Origin: Holophagaceae bacterium
GTDB taxonomy: Bacteria > Acidobacteriota > Holophagae > Holophagales > Holophagaceae
Assembly (NCBI GenBank): GCA_017859995.1
Contig: JAFJUR010000003.1
Coordinates: 6,015 to 70,014, forward strand
Reading direction: 5' to 3'
Length of the DNA: 64,000 nucleotides
The notes beneath the pieces were generated by a model. The model saw nothing but the letters and a program-made list of their open reading frames with translations, was not told the origin of the DNA and searched no databases. Positions 1 through 9,346 of this stretch are shown one piece after another. The translations under genes and the position numbers were made by a program. Position 1 is the first letter of the stretch; each line of letters opens with the position of its first letter.

Positions 1-954
1 GGGCAGGATGCAGTGGATCTCGGTGGTCGGCTGGCCCTGGCTCGGTACGTGGATCGCCTTCTTGTCGCGGGCCAGCAGGGGCAGGCAGGCGGGCCAGGGC
101 GCCACCAGCGGCGCCAGAGGCGCGAGCCGCCGGGCCAGGGCCTCGAGGGTGGCCGCGGGGAAGGGCTTCAGCCCCTGCTCCTCCGCCAGCAGGCAGGAAC
201 CCAGCAGGCCGAGGCCCACCGCCTCCCCGTGCAGCAGCTGGTAGCCCGAGGCGGCCTCGAGCGCGTGGCCCAGGGTATGGCCCAGGTTCAGCAGGCGCCG
301 CTCGCCGCTCTCCTTCGGATCGCGGTGCACCACGCCCGCCTTGTAGGCCAGCGCCCGCTCGACCCAGGCCACCTTCACGGGGCCCTCCTGCAGCATCTCC
401 GCTGCCCAGCCGGGCTCGCCCTGAATGAAGGCGGTCTTGAGCAGCTCCCAGCGGCCGTTCTCCACATGCCGCCGCGGCAGGCTCTCCAGGAAGGCCGTGC
501 AGGCCACCAGGCGGCGGGGTGGATGGAAGGCGCCCACGAGGTTCTTCCCCGCGGCCAGATCCGCGCCGGTCTTCCCGCCGAGGCCCGCGTCGGCCATGGC
601 CAGCAGGCTGGTGGGCCAGGCCTGCCAGGCCACGCCCCGCAGAAAGAGCGAGGCGGCCAGGCCCACCAGGTCGGTGAGAACGCCGCCGCCCAGCGCCACC
701 ACGGTGGCATCCCGGTGCAGGGGCACCTTTGCCCAGTGCTCCAGCCAGGGGATCACCGTGCGCAGCTTCTTCTCCTCCTCGGGCACCGACACCCACAGCG
801 CGTGGCTTGGCGCCGGCATGCCGGCACGGGTCCAGTGGTCCCGCAGGCGCAGGTCGCCCACCAGGGTCCAGTCCCCCTCCGGCAGCCATTCGCGCGCAGG
901 TTCCTCCAGCAGGAGAACCTCCGTCGCGAATCCGGATGGGGTGGCGAGCCTCAT
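1..954 (-). CDS. aroB: 3-dehydroquinate synthase (3' end runs off the window)
   Basis: Manual translation from ATG at 954: MRLATPSGF...VVALGGGVLTDLVG...PTSLLAMADAGLGGKTG...KNLVGAFHPP...LLNLGHTLGHALE...RDKK, all AroB motifs. ATGA overlap with the upstream gene's stop. Confidence 0.93.
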   Translation of the reverse strand, partial: MRLATPSGFATEVLLLEEPAREWLPEGDWTLVGDLRLRDHWTRAGMPAPSHALWVSVPEEEKKLRTVIPWLEHWAKVPLHRDATVVALGGGVLTDLVGLAASLFLRGVAWQAWPTSLLAMADAGLGGKTGADLAAGKNLVGAFHPPRRLVACTAFLESLPRRHVENGRWELLKTAFIQGEPGWAAEMLQEGPVKVAWVERALAYKAGVVHRDPKESGERRLLNLGHTLGHALEAASGYQLLHGEAVGLGLLGSCLLAEEQGLKPFPAATLEALARRLAPLAPLVAPWPACLPLLARDKKAIHVPSQGQPTTEIHCILP

Positions 955-2738
955 GAACGTCCCTTCAAGGTGGCGACGGCCTTCATGACCTGGTCGCCGC
1001 GGAGCCAGGTGATCTCGGCCTTGTCCCCGGGCTTGTAGGCGCCGAGGGCCCCCATGAAGTCGTAGATGCTCTTCACGGGCTTGTCGCCGAACTGGATGAG
1101 GATGTCGCCGGCCTGCAGGCCGATGGTCTCGGCGGTGGACCCCTTCGAGACCCCGTTGATGCGGAAGCCCTTGGGGTTGTCGGCGTAGTCGGGGATGGTG
1201 CCGAAGGCGATGCGCATGGGGCCACCGTCGCCCTTCATGGGGATCTTCGCCGTCTCCGGGTCGAAGGCGGGCAGCGTCTTCGCGTTGGCCAGATCGAGGG
1301 TCAGCGTCTTGCCGAAGGCGGCCAGCTTGGCCATGCCGGGGAAGTTGATGCGGTCGGCGGTGTCGGTGGGCCGGTGATACTCGCCGTGGATGCCCGTGAA
1401 GAAGAAGAACGTGGGGATCTTGGCCTGGGAGAAGCTCATGTGGTCGGAGCCGCCCACCGCCGCGCCCACGTCCACGCTGACGGTGAAGCCCTTGGGCACG
1501 AAGGCCTTCGCCGCCTCCAGGGCGGATTTGGGCGCGCCCAGGCCACCCATCATCAGCTCCGGGGCCTGCAGGTCGAGGCGGCCCACCATGTCGAAATTGA
1601 GCATGAACTTCACGGATTCCAGCGGGTGGGTGGGATGCTGCACCCAGTATTGGGAACCGAGCAGGCCCTCCTCCTCTCCGGCGAAGTGCAGGAGCAGGAT
1701 GGAGCGCTTGGGCCGCGCCCGCTTCAGCTCTCGGGCCAGCTCCATCACCATGGCGGTGCCGGAGGCGTTGTCGTCCGCGCCGGGATGCACCTGGCCGCGG
1801 GCCTCGGCCCCGCCCAGGCTGTGCCGCTCGCCCATGCCGAGGTGGTCCATGTGCGCGCCCAGCACGATGAACTCCTTGCGCAGCTTCGGATCACGGCCCG
1901 GAATGACGCCCACCACGTTGGGCACCTGGGCCTCCTCGCGGGACAGCTTCAGGTCCAGGGAGAGCACGGTCCAGGGGGCCTGCACGAAGTCGTGGCTGTC
2001 GGGCTTCTGGGTCTCCTTGATGGTCTTCAGACGGCCCAGCAGGTCGCCGCAGGCCTCGGCCAGCGCCTCGGGCCGGACGCCCACCACGGGGATGTCCATC
2101 TTGACGGGGCCCTCCTCGCGCTGGAGGGGCCGGAGGCCCTGTTCTTCCAGGACGATGACGCCCGCCACCTTGGCGGACTCCAAGCGCTTCAGGCGGGCCA
2201 GGAGGCTCCGCTCGCCCCGGGGCAGGTGGGCGAAGGCGTCCAGGTCGGGCACCGTGCGGGCGATGACGGCGACGCGGCCCTTCAGCTCGAGGCCCGCCAG
2301 GTCGTCGTAGCCGCCGGGGATCTGGACCCCGTAGCCGGCGAAGGCCAGGGGTTTGGAGCGGAAGTCCGCATCGCCACTCAGGCCCAGGGCCTCGATGTCG
2401 CGGCCCCAGACGAGGGTCCGGGGGCTGTCCCCATGGATGAGGACTGCCTCCTGCTGCTTGCGCGCCACCTTGGCGATGAAGGGGAACCGCTGCACCTGAG
2501 TCTTGATGCCGAGCTTCTTCAGCTCGCCCTGGATGCGCCGGGCGGCCACGTCCAGCTCGGGGTAGCCGTTGCCGCGGCCCTTCAAGGCCGGCGCGGCCAG
2601 GAAGGTCACATCCCTGCGCAGGCGCTCGGCCACCCCGGCTTCCACCTTTGAGACGGGAGCCTTCGCCTCGGCCCCGGGTACGGCGGGCGGCGCGGCCACG
2701 ACGGTGGCGGTCAGGAGGGCGAGGAACCAGGAACCCAT
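951..2738 (-). CDS. Secreted M28 family aminopeptidase with PA and C-terminal PDZ domains
   Basis: Signal peptide MGSWFLALLTATVVAA; motifs GAHMDHLG, GADDNASG, GEEEGLLGS, NFDMVG, SDH, YHRPTD; PDZ-like GLQAGDILIQF. Start chosen at ATG 2738 (GGAG upstream). Confidence 0.9.
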   Translation of the reverse strand: MGSWFLALLTATVVAAPPAVPGAEAKAPVSKVEAGVAERLRRDVTFLAAPALKGRGNGYPELDVAARRIQGELKKLGIKTQVQRFPFIAKVARKQQEAVLIHGDSPRTLVWGRDIEALGLSGDADFRSKPLAFAGYGVQIPGGYDDLAGLELKGRVAVIARTVPDLDAFAHLPRGERSLLARLKRLESAKVAGVIVLEEQGLRPLQREEGPVKMDIPVVGVRPEALAEACGDLLGRLKTIKETQKPDSHDFVQAPWTVLSLDLKLSREEAQVPNVVGVIPGRDPKLRKEFIVLGAHMDHLGMGERHSLGGAEARGQVHPGADDNASGTAMVMELARELKRARPKRSILLLHFAGEEEGLLGSQYWVQHPTHPLESVKFMLNFDMVGRLDLQAPELMMGGLGAPKSALEAAKAFVPKGFTVSVDVGAAVGGSDHMSFSQAKIPTFFFFTGIHGEYHRPTDTADRINFPGMAKLAAFGKTLTLDLANAKTLPAFDPETAKIPMKGDGGPMRIAFGTIPDYADNPKGFRINGVSKGSTAETIGLQAGDILIQFGDKPVKSIYDFMGALGAYKPGDKAEITWLRGDQVMKAVATLKGRS

Positions 2739-2827
2739 GTTGTCTCCAGGGGATTCCCCCAAGTGTACATGAGGCCGCGGCCCGACTCCCGACCTGGAAA
2801 TCCGGCCGACTGTGGGACAATGACCCC

Positions 2828-4615
2828 ATGTCCGAACAGGGAGCCTTCTTCCAGTCCGATCAGGTGGATCAGCGCCCCATGCGCCACGCCCTGCTCTGGC
2901 GCCTCACGGGGTATCTGAGCCCGTACTGGGTGTCCCTCATCCTGCTGCTCGTCCTCATGGCCGTGGGCGCCCTCCTGGAGGTGCTGCCCTCGGAGCTGAC
3001 CCTGCGCCTCATCAATCGGTTCATGGACCAGGGCAGCCTCAAGGGCGCCGCACCTCTCATCGCCGGCTTCTTCGGCGTGCTGGTGGCGGGCTTCCTGGTG
3101 AGCTTCGCCCGGTACTTCATGCTGGCCCGCGTCGGCCAGCGGGCCATGCAGGATCTGCGCGTCGAGCTCTTCGCCCACCTCATGGGCCGCAGCACGCACT
3201 TCTTCCACCGCAACCCGGTGGGCCGCCTCATGACCCGCGTCACCAGCGACGTTCAGAACCTGAACGAAATGTTCGCCTCCGGGTTCGTCGCCATCGTGGG
3301 CGACGCCTTGTCATTGCTGGCCATCGTGGTCTGGATGTTCTGGACCCACGCGGGCATGGCGCTGGTGGCCCTCGGCATCCTGCCGGTCCTCCTCATCGCC
3401 ACGGAGGTCTTCCGCCGCCGCGCTGGCGAGGCCTTCCGCGAGACCCAGCGGCGCTACGCCGTCATCAACGCCTTCCTGCAGGAGCAGATCTCGGGCATCG
3501 GCCTCGTGCAGATCAACAGCCAGGAAGCCAGCAGCGACAAGCACTTCCGCGGCCTGAACCAGGACTACCTGGACGCCTTCCTCCGCACCATCTTCGCCTA
3601 CGCGGTGTTCTTTCCCGTGGTGGAGTTCATCACCTCGGCCACCCTCGCGGCGCTCATCTTCTACGCGGGCTTCAAGCTGCAGGCGGGCGCCATCACCTGG
3701 GGCCTGCTGCTCGCCTTCATCCAGCAGTCGGGCCGCTTCTTCCGGCCCATCCGGGAACTGGCCGAGCGCTACAACGTGATGCAGACCGCCCTGGCCTCCA
3801 GCGAGCGCATCTTCCGCCTGCTCGACAACCGCGAGGAGATCCCCGAGGCGCCGGACGCGAAGCCCGCCACCTTCACCGGGGAGATCCGCTTCGAGGACGT
3901 GACCTTCGCCTACGAGGCGGGGGGCCGCCAGGTCGTGCGCGGCCTCAGCGGCGTGATCCCCAAGGGCCGCCGCGTGGCGGTCGTGGGCCACACCGGCGCC
4001 GGAAAGAGCACGCTGATCAACCTGCTGATGCGCTTCTACGACGTGGCCGAGGGCCGCATCACTGTGGACGGCGTGGACGTGCGGGCCCTGAAGCTCCGCA
4101 GCCTGCGGTCCCTCTTCGGCCTGGTGCTGCAGGACGTCTTCGTCTTCTCGGGCACCCTGCGCGACAACATCGTCCTCGACCGTCCCCTGGACGAGACCCG
4201 CCTCGCCGCCGTGCTGGACCAGAGCCAGCTGAAGGACCTCGTGGGCCGGCTGCCCCAGGGGCTGGACACCCAGGTGGGCGAGCGCGGCCAGAAGCTCAGC
4301 GCCGGCGAACGGCAGCTGCTGGCCTTCGCCCGCATGCTCTACCTCGAGCCGGCCGTCCTGCTGCTGGACGAAGCCACCGCCAACATCGACTCCGAGACCG
4401 AATCCAAGATCCAGACGGTCATCGAGCGCGTCAGCCACCGCCTCACCACCTTCACCATCGCCCACCGCCTGTCCACCATCCGCGACGCCGACGAGATCTG
4501 GGTCATGGACCAGGGCGTCCTGGTGGAGCGGGGCACCCACGACGGCCTCATCGCTCAGGATGGCGTCTACGCCAAGCTCGTGCGGCTGCAGTTCGCGGAC
4601 AGCGAAGCGGCCTGA
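2828..4615 (+). CDS. ABC exporter, fused permease and ATPase (MsbA/Sav1866-like)
   Basis: N-terminal TM helices; Walker A GHTGAGKS, signature LSAGERQ, Walker B LLLDEAT, IAHRLST. Confidence 0.92.
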   Translation: MSEQGAFFQSDQVDQRPMRHALLWRLTGYLSPYWVSLILLLVLMAVGALLEVLPSELTLRLINRFMDQGSLKGAAPLIAGFFGVLVAGFLVSFARYFMLARVGQRAMQDLRVELFAHLMGRSTHFFHRNPVGRLMTRVTSDVQNLNEMFASGFVAIVGDALSLLAIVVWMFWTHAGMALVALGILPVLLIATEVFRRRAGEAFRETQRRYAVINAFLQEQISGIGLVQINSQEASSDKHFRGLNQDYLDAFLRTIFAYAVFFPVVEFITSATLAALIFYAGFKLQAGAITWGLLLAFIQQSGRFFRPIRELAERYNVMQTALASSERIFRLLDNREEIPEAPDAKPATFTGEIRFEDVTFAYEAGGRQVVRGLSGVIPKGRRVAVVGHTGAGKSTLINLLMRFYDVAEGRITVDGVDVRALKLRSLRSLFGLVLQDVFVFSGTLRDNIVLDRPLDETRLAAVLDQSQLKDLVGRLPQGLDTQVGERGQKLSAGERQLLAFARMLYLEPAVLLLDEATANIDSETESKIQTVIERVSHRLTTFTIAHRLSTIRDADEIWVMDQGVLVERGTHDGLIAQDGVYAKLVRLQFADSEAA

Positions 4616-4652
4616 AAAAGCCTGAGGTCCGGAGCCTGTAGACTGGACCCCC

Positions 4653-5798
4653 ATGCTCCACCTGCCTCCCCTCTATCCCATCACCGATGCCACCCGGACC
4701 GAGCCCCTCTCCGCCCAGGTGCGACGCCTGGCGGAAGCCGGCTTCCCGCTGGTGCAGTTTCGCGGCAAGCCGCTGGACGCGAAGACGCAGTGGCTGGAGC
4801 TGCGCCTGATCCTCGCCGAGGCGGCCGCCCAGGGCGGCTGGCCCTGGATCTGCCTCAACGACCGGGCGGACCTCGCCCTGCTGGCCGCCCGGGAGGGCCT
4901 GCGGCCCTGGGGTCTGCACCTGGGCCAGGAGGACCTGCCCGCCCGGGAGGCCGCGGCGCTGCCCGGCCTCGGCGGGTGCCATTTCGGCGCCTCCACCCAC
5001 CAGGCCGCTGAATGGGAGGGCATCGAAGCCCCCTTCGATCATGCCGGCGTGGGGCCCTTCCGGAGCACGTCCACCAAATCCGACCACGCCGCCCCCATCG
5101 GCCTGGAGGGCCTGCGGGCGGGCTGCCGGGCGCTCCGGGCCAGGGACCTGGCCCCCATCGCCATCGGCGGGCTGACCCTGGCCGACGCGGGCCCCTGCTT
5201 CGAAGCGGGGGCCGAAGCCCTGGCCATGGTCGGCGAGGTGCACCGGGCGGAGGATCCCGCCGCGCTGGGCTGGGAGGCCCAGCGGGCGCGCTGGAAGGTC
5301 CGCCCGCCGTTCCGCCGCGGCCAGGGCCTCGTCATCCTCGGCGGCAGCGGCGCGGGAAAGACGACCTTGGGCCGACACCTGGCCGAAGGGCTCGGCCTGC
5401 CCTTCCATGACCTCGACGCGGCCATCGAGGCCCGGGCGGGGCACCCCATCGCCGACCTCTTCGCGGCTTCCAGCGAAGGAGCCTTCCGCGCCCTGGAATC
5501 GGCCCTGCTGCCGGAGCTGCTGACCGCGCCGGCGGTGGTGGCCCTGGGCGGCGGGGCCTGGGAGGCGCCGGCCAACCGCGCGGCGGTCACCTCGGCAGGA
5601 TTCGCCCCCCTCTGGCTGGCGGAGCCCCCCGCGCGGGCCTGGGCCCGGGCCAGCCAGGATCCGAACCGCCCCCTGGCCCGGGATCGCGCGGCCTTCATGG
5701 CCCGCTGGGCTGCCCGCACCCCGGCCTGGTCGCTGGCGCCCATGGTGCTCGCCTTCGGTCACAGTTCCCGGGCGTTGGCCTCCGCCTTGCTAGACTGA
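4653..5798 (+). CDS. Thiamine-phosphate synthase (ThiE)-like domain fused to shikimate kinase (AroK)
   Basis: N-half: LYPIT, QFRGK, LNDR, HLGQED, STH, STSTK, AIGG. C-half: GGSGAGKTTLG, DLD, FRALE, LGGGAW, RPL. Confidence 0.85.
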   Translation: MLHLPPLYPITDATRTEPLSAQVRRLAEAGFPLVQFRGKPLDAKTQWLELRLILAEAAAQGGWPWICLNDRADLALLAAREGLRPWGLHLGQEDLPAREAAALPGLGGCHFGASTHQAAEWEGIEAPFDHAGVGPFRSTSTKSDHAAPIGLEGLRAGCRALRARDLAPIAIGGLTLADAGPCFEAGAEALAMVGEVHRAEDPAALGWEAQRARWKVRPPFRRGQGLVILGGSGAGKTTLGRHLAEGLGLPFHDLDAAIEARAGHPIADLFAASSEGAFRALESALLPELLTAPAVVALGGGAWEAPANRAAVTSAGFAPLWLAEPPARAWARASQDPNRPLARDRAAFMARWAARTPAWSLAPMVLAFGHSSRALASALLD

Positions 5799-5819
5799 AG
5801 CCTCTCCCCCGGAAGTCCA

Positions 5820-6560
5820 GTGGACCTGATCCTTTCCGATCTGCATTCGAACCTGCACGCCTTCCGGGCCGTGCTGCGGTTCGTCAGGCGGCGCGCCATC
5901 CACCGCTTCGTGCTCCTCGGGGACCTGGTGGGCTATGGCGCCCATCCCAACCAGCTGCTGGACGAGGTGCGCGACCTGCGCCCCCGCTTCATGGTCCGCG
6001 GCAACCACGACAAGGTCTGCGCCGGCCTGGAGCCGGATGGCTCCTTCAGCCTCCCCGCGCGGCAGGCCGCGGACTGGACCCGCGAGAAGCTGCGCCAGGA
6101 CAACTGGCGCTTCCTGGCCGACCTGCCCCAAGGCCCCGCGTGGGTGGGGGAGGACTACCAGATCGCCCACGGTTCGCCCGTGGACGAGGACGCCTACCTG
6201 CTTCACATGCGCGAGATCAGCCACGCCTTTGACGCCTTCGAGGGGCAGCTCTGCTTCTTCGGGCATACCCACCTGCCCGGCTGCTTCGAGCTGGATGAGG
6301 CCAAGGCCCAGCTGAACTGGATCTGCCTCCAGCCGGGCGAGTGGTTCCCCCTGCAGCCACACTGCCGCTACCTGGTCAACCCTGGCTCGGTGGGGCAGCC
6401 GCGGGACCGCGATCCCCGCGTGTCGTTCATGACCTACGACCCCGCACGTCGCCGGCTGAGGCTGCACCGCCTCGACTACGACGTGAAGGGCGCCGCCAAG
6501 GCCATCCGGGCCGCGGGGCTGCACAGCAACCTGGCCGACCGGCTGGACCAAGGCATCTGA
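5820..6560 (+). CDS. Metallophosphoesterase (calcineurin-like)
   Basis: SDLHSN, GDLVGYG, RGNHD, HGSP, GHTH, NPGSVGQPRD. Confidence 0.9.
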   Translation: MDLILSDLHSNLHAFRAVLRFVRRRAIHRFVLLGDLVGYGAHPNQLLDEVRDLRPRFMVRGNHDKVCAGLEPDGSFSLPARQAADWTREKLRQDNWRFLADLPQGPAWVGEDYQIAHGSPVDEDAYLLHMREISHAFDAFEGQLCFFGHTHLPGCFELDEAKAQLNWICLQPGEWFPLQPHCRYLVNPGSVGQPRDRDPRVSFMTYDPARRRLRLHRLDYDVKGAAKAIRAAGLHSNLADRLDQGI

Positions 6561-6573
6561 AAGGCAGTCTCCC

Positions 6574-7272
6574 ATGGGTCAAGCATCCGCCCTCTCCGCC
6601 TCCGTCCTTGAGCAGTTCCTCCTGCAGGCCCGGTTCACCCGCGCCGTGGCGAGCCTCCGGCTCCACGGCATCAACCAGCGGCTGCTGGGCGACCTGCGCA
6701 TCCACCATTTCCGAACCGGCTCCATCCTCGAGTTGGTGGGCCTCCACGCCCGGGACCTGGTGCCCTCCGAAGGCACCCCGGTGACGCTGACGGTCCTCCT
6801 GGGCGAAGAGGTACTCACCCTCGAATCCATCCTGCTGCCGCCGACCCACAATCCGGAGGGGGACCTCCTCCTGCGCCTGGACTGGCCCCGGGAGGCGGCC
6901 CGCCTGCACCGGCGCCGGGACGTGCGCGTGGCCGCCCCCGAGCAGTCGCCGCTGAAGGCCCGGGTGGGGCTGGACGGCCGCCAGCTCGACGCCCTCCTCG
7001 TCAACCTCACGGAGACCGGCGTGGGGCTCGCCTTCGCGGAAACCCTGATGGTCGAGTTGCACTCCCAGGTGCAGATCGACGCCGACCTGCCCGACGGCAG
7101 CGTGCTCCACTGCCCGGGAGAGGTCCGCCACCTCACCTACCTCGAGGGGCAGGACTACCCCATGCGCCTGGGCGTGGTGTTGAACCCCAGGCCGGACACC
7201 GACCTGGAATCCATCCACCGGTTCATCCAGGCCCGCCGCACGGACCGCTCCCAGAATTTCCGGGGCGTGTAG
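6574..7272 (+). CDS. PilZ domain protein (c-di-GMP receptor)
   Basis: RRRDVR (RxxxR) followed by NLTETG (D/NxSxxG-like). Confidence 0.75.
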   Translation: MGQASALSASVLEQFLLQARFTRAVASLRLHGINQRLLGDLRIHHFRTGSILELVGLHARDLVPSEGTPVTLTVLLGEEVLTLESILLPPTHNPEGDLLLRLDWPREAARLHRRRDVRVAAPEQSPLKARVGLDGRQLDALLVNLTETGVGLAFAETLMVELHSQVQIDADLPDGSVLHCPGEVRHLTYLEGQDYPMRLGVVLNPRPDTDLESIHRFIQARRTDRSQNFRGV

Positions 7273-7274
7273 GG

Positions 7275-8753
7275 TCAGCCCTTCTTCTTCAGGCTCACCG
7301 CCATGCCGCTGGCGCCGAGCAGCAGCATGATCACGGCCTGCACCATGGTCTTGTACGAGACCTCCGCGCCACCGAAGAGGGAGGAGCGCAGGAAGGCCAG
7401 GCCCAGGATGAGCAGCACGGCGTAGATGCCCAGCATCACCTTGCGGGCCTTGGCGTTGGTGGCCGGGGTGTCCTCCGCGAAGATCCGGTCGTAGAAGATG
7501 AGGCCGATGGCCGCCAGCACGTTGAGGGCCACGAAGAGCAGCCAGAAGGTCCGCGCGGCGGCCGCGGCCCCCGGCTGGCCCACCAGGGGCTTGAGCATGG
7601 AGCCGTAGAGCATGCCGCCCAGGCTCGAGCCGATGAGGCTGCCGATCACGCCGTACAGGAAGGCATAGCCCATGTAGACGGCCTTCTTATCCGCCGGCGC
7701 CACCAGGCCCACGTAGCTGTAGTACTTCGGGTGGGCGGTCATCTCCCCGATGGAGAACACGGAGATGCCCAGGATGAAGATCCAGACATTCGTGGAGGCC
7801 GCGAGGCAAAGGAAGCCCAGCGTGCCGATCACGATGCCCGAGACCATGGTGGGCAGGGGCCGGATGTTCTTCACCACGCGGCTCACCACGACCTGCAGCA
7901 GGATGATGGTGCCGCCGTTGACCACGGTGACGTGCTCGGCGTCGAACTTCAGCGGGATCCCGATGGCCGCGAAGGCCGCGTTCACGGGGGTGGCGTCCAC
8001 GAAGTCCCGCAGGTACCAGAGCACCGATCCGAAGTTCTGGAAGTAGAGGATCCAGAAGCCGGAGTAGACGACGATCATCAGCATGAAGCGCGCGTCGCCC
8101 AGCACCATGGCCGCGCCGTGGGCGACTTCCTTCAGGCTCTTGGTGTTCTCGGGCTTGGGCGGATCCTTGAAGAGGAAGACCGTGGGCAGCAGCATGGCCG
8201 CGCAGTAGACCGCCGAGGCGATGAACACGTAGCGCCAGGAGAAGCCCTTCAACACGCTCACCACCAGCGGGGCGAGGAAGGCGCCGATGTTGATCATCCA
8301 GTAGTAGATGCCGAAGCCGAACCCCGAGTTCTCCTCGGTGGTGGAGCGCGCCAGGGTGCCCGAGATGATGGGCTTGAAGAGGCCCGCGCCGGTGGCCATG
8401 AGCAGCAGGGCCGCAAATACCGCGCCGTACATCGTCACGCTGCCGGCGATGAAGTAGCCCGCCGAGAGGATCGAGAAGGCGAACAGCAGCATGCGCCGGT
8501 AGCCGTAGCGATCGGCCAGGGCGCCGCCGGCGATGGGGATCACGTAGGTGAAGGCGTAGATGAGGCTCTGGAGGAAGCCCACGGACTGCTCCGTGAAGCC
8601 AAGCCCGCCCTCGGACACCTTGTTCGTGAGGTAGACGGCCAGCACCGAGTTCAGGCCGTAATACGCGGCCCGCTCGAAGAGCTCCATGACGTTCGCCAGC
8701 CAGAAGACGGGCGGGAAGGACCTGAGGATTCCGGCGGGGGCTTTGGTCGACAT
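7275..8753 (-). CDS. MFS transporter, POT/peptide transporter-like
   Basis: ELFERAAYYG (ExxERxxYY), GALADRYG, FGIYYWMINIGA; many TM helices. Confidence 0.88.
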   Translation of the reverse strand: MSTKAPAGILRSFPPVFWLANVMELFERAAYYGLNSVLAVYLTNKVSEGGLGFTEQSVGFLQSLIYAFTYVIPIAGGALADRYGYRRMLLFAFSILSAGYFIAGSVTMYGAVFAALLLMATGAGLFKPIISGTLARSTTEENSGFGFGIYYWMINIGAFLAPLVVSVLKGFSWRYVFIASAVYCAAMLLPTVFLFKDPPKPENTKSLKEVAHGAAMVLGDARFMLMIVVYSGFWILYFQNFGSVLWYLRDFVDATPVNAAFAAIGIPLKFDAEHVTVVNGGTIILLQVVVSRVVKNIRPLPTMVSGIVIGTLGFLCLAASTNVWIFILGISVFSIGEMTAHPKYYSYVGLVAPADKKAVYMGYAFLYGVIGSLIGSSLGGMLYGSMLKPLVGQPGAAAAARTFWLLFVALNVLAAIGLIFYDRIFAEDTPATNAKARKVMLGIYAVLLILGLAFLRSSLFGGAEVSYKTMVQAVIMLLLGASGMAVSLKKKG

Positions 8754-8803
8754 CCGGCGATTATACGGGATCACCCGGTCATCCATGCGCGGAGTTCCGC
8801 CAC

Positions 8804-9091
8804 CTAGCCGCCTCCGCGCTGGAAGGCCCGCTGGAACCGCGCCATGAAGGCGTCAGCTTCCGCCGTGTCATAGCCCTCCAGGTCGATCTCCACCCGGTGG
8901 CAGGGGAGGACGACCCGCGCCAACTGGCGATCGGGGAGGGACACCAGCCGGAGCGTCCAGCGCCCCGCCCCCTCCTCGCCGCTGAACCGGCCGTTCTCCT
9001 CCCGCACCGCCTCCTGGCCCACGGCGGCGGGCAGGCGGCGCAGGAAGTCCGGTCGGCTGATGCTCATCTCCAGGATCCGGTGGTCCGTCAT
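8804..9091 (-). CDS. Small conserved protein, last gene of the aor operon (AorE-like)
   Basis: Abuts the moaD stop; ends FQRGGG; same position as the small terminal gene of bacterial aor operons. Confidence 0.65.
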   Translation of the reverse strand: MTDHRILEMSISRPDFLRRLPAAVGQEAVREENGRFSGEEGAGRWTLRLVSLPDRQLARVVLPCHRVEIDLEGYDTAEADAFMARFQRAFQRGGG

Positions 9092-9346
9092 CTAGCCCCC
9101 GGCCACCGGTGGCCAGATGGCCAGCACCTCGCCCTCGGCCAGGTCCCGGACGGCGCGGTCCGCCGGCGCCACCCACACGCCATCCACCAGTACGATGGCG
9201 CACTGCCCCGGGGGGATGCGCTGCGACCGGATCACGTCCAGCACGGTGCTGCCCGCGGCCACCTCCAGGTCGACGCAGTGGCGGGCCCGGGCCTCTGCCG
9301 GCAGGTGGGCCGACAGGGAGGCGAACAGCTTGAGGGTGATTCTCAT
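9092..9346 (-). CDS. MoaD/ThiS family sulfur carrier (AorD-like)
   Basis: MRITLKLFASL...EVLAIWPPVAGG with C-terminal GG; ATGA overlap with the upstream gene. Confidence 0.88.
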   Translation of the reverse strand: MRITLKLFASLSAHLPAEARARHCVDLEVAAGSTVLDVIRSQRIPPGQCAIVLVDGVWVAPADRAVRDLAEGEVLAIWPPVAGG

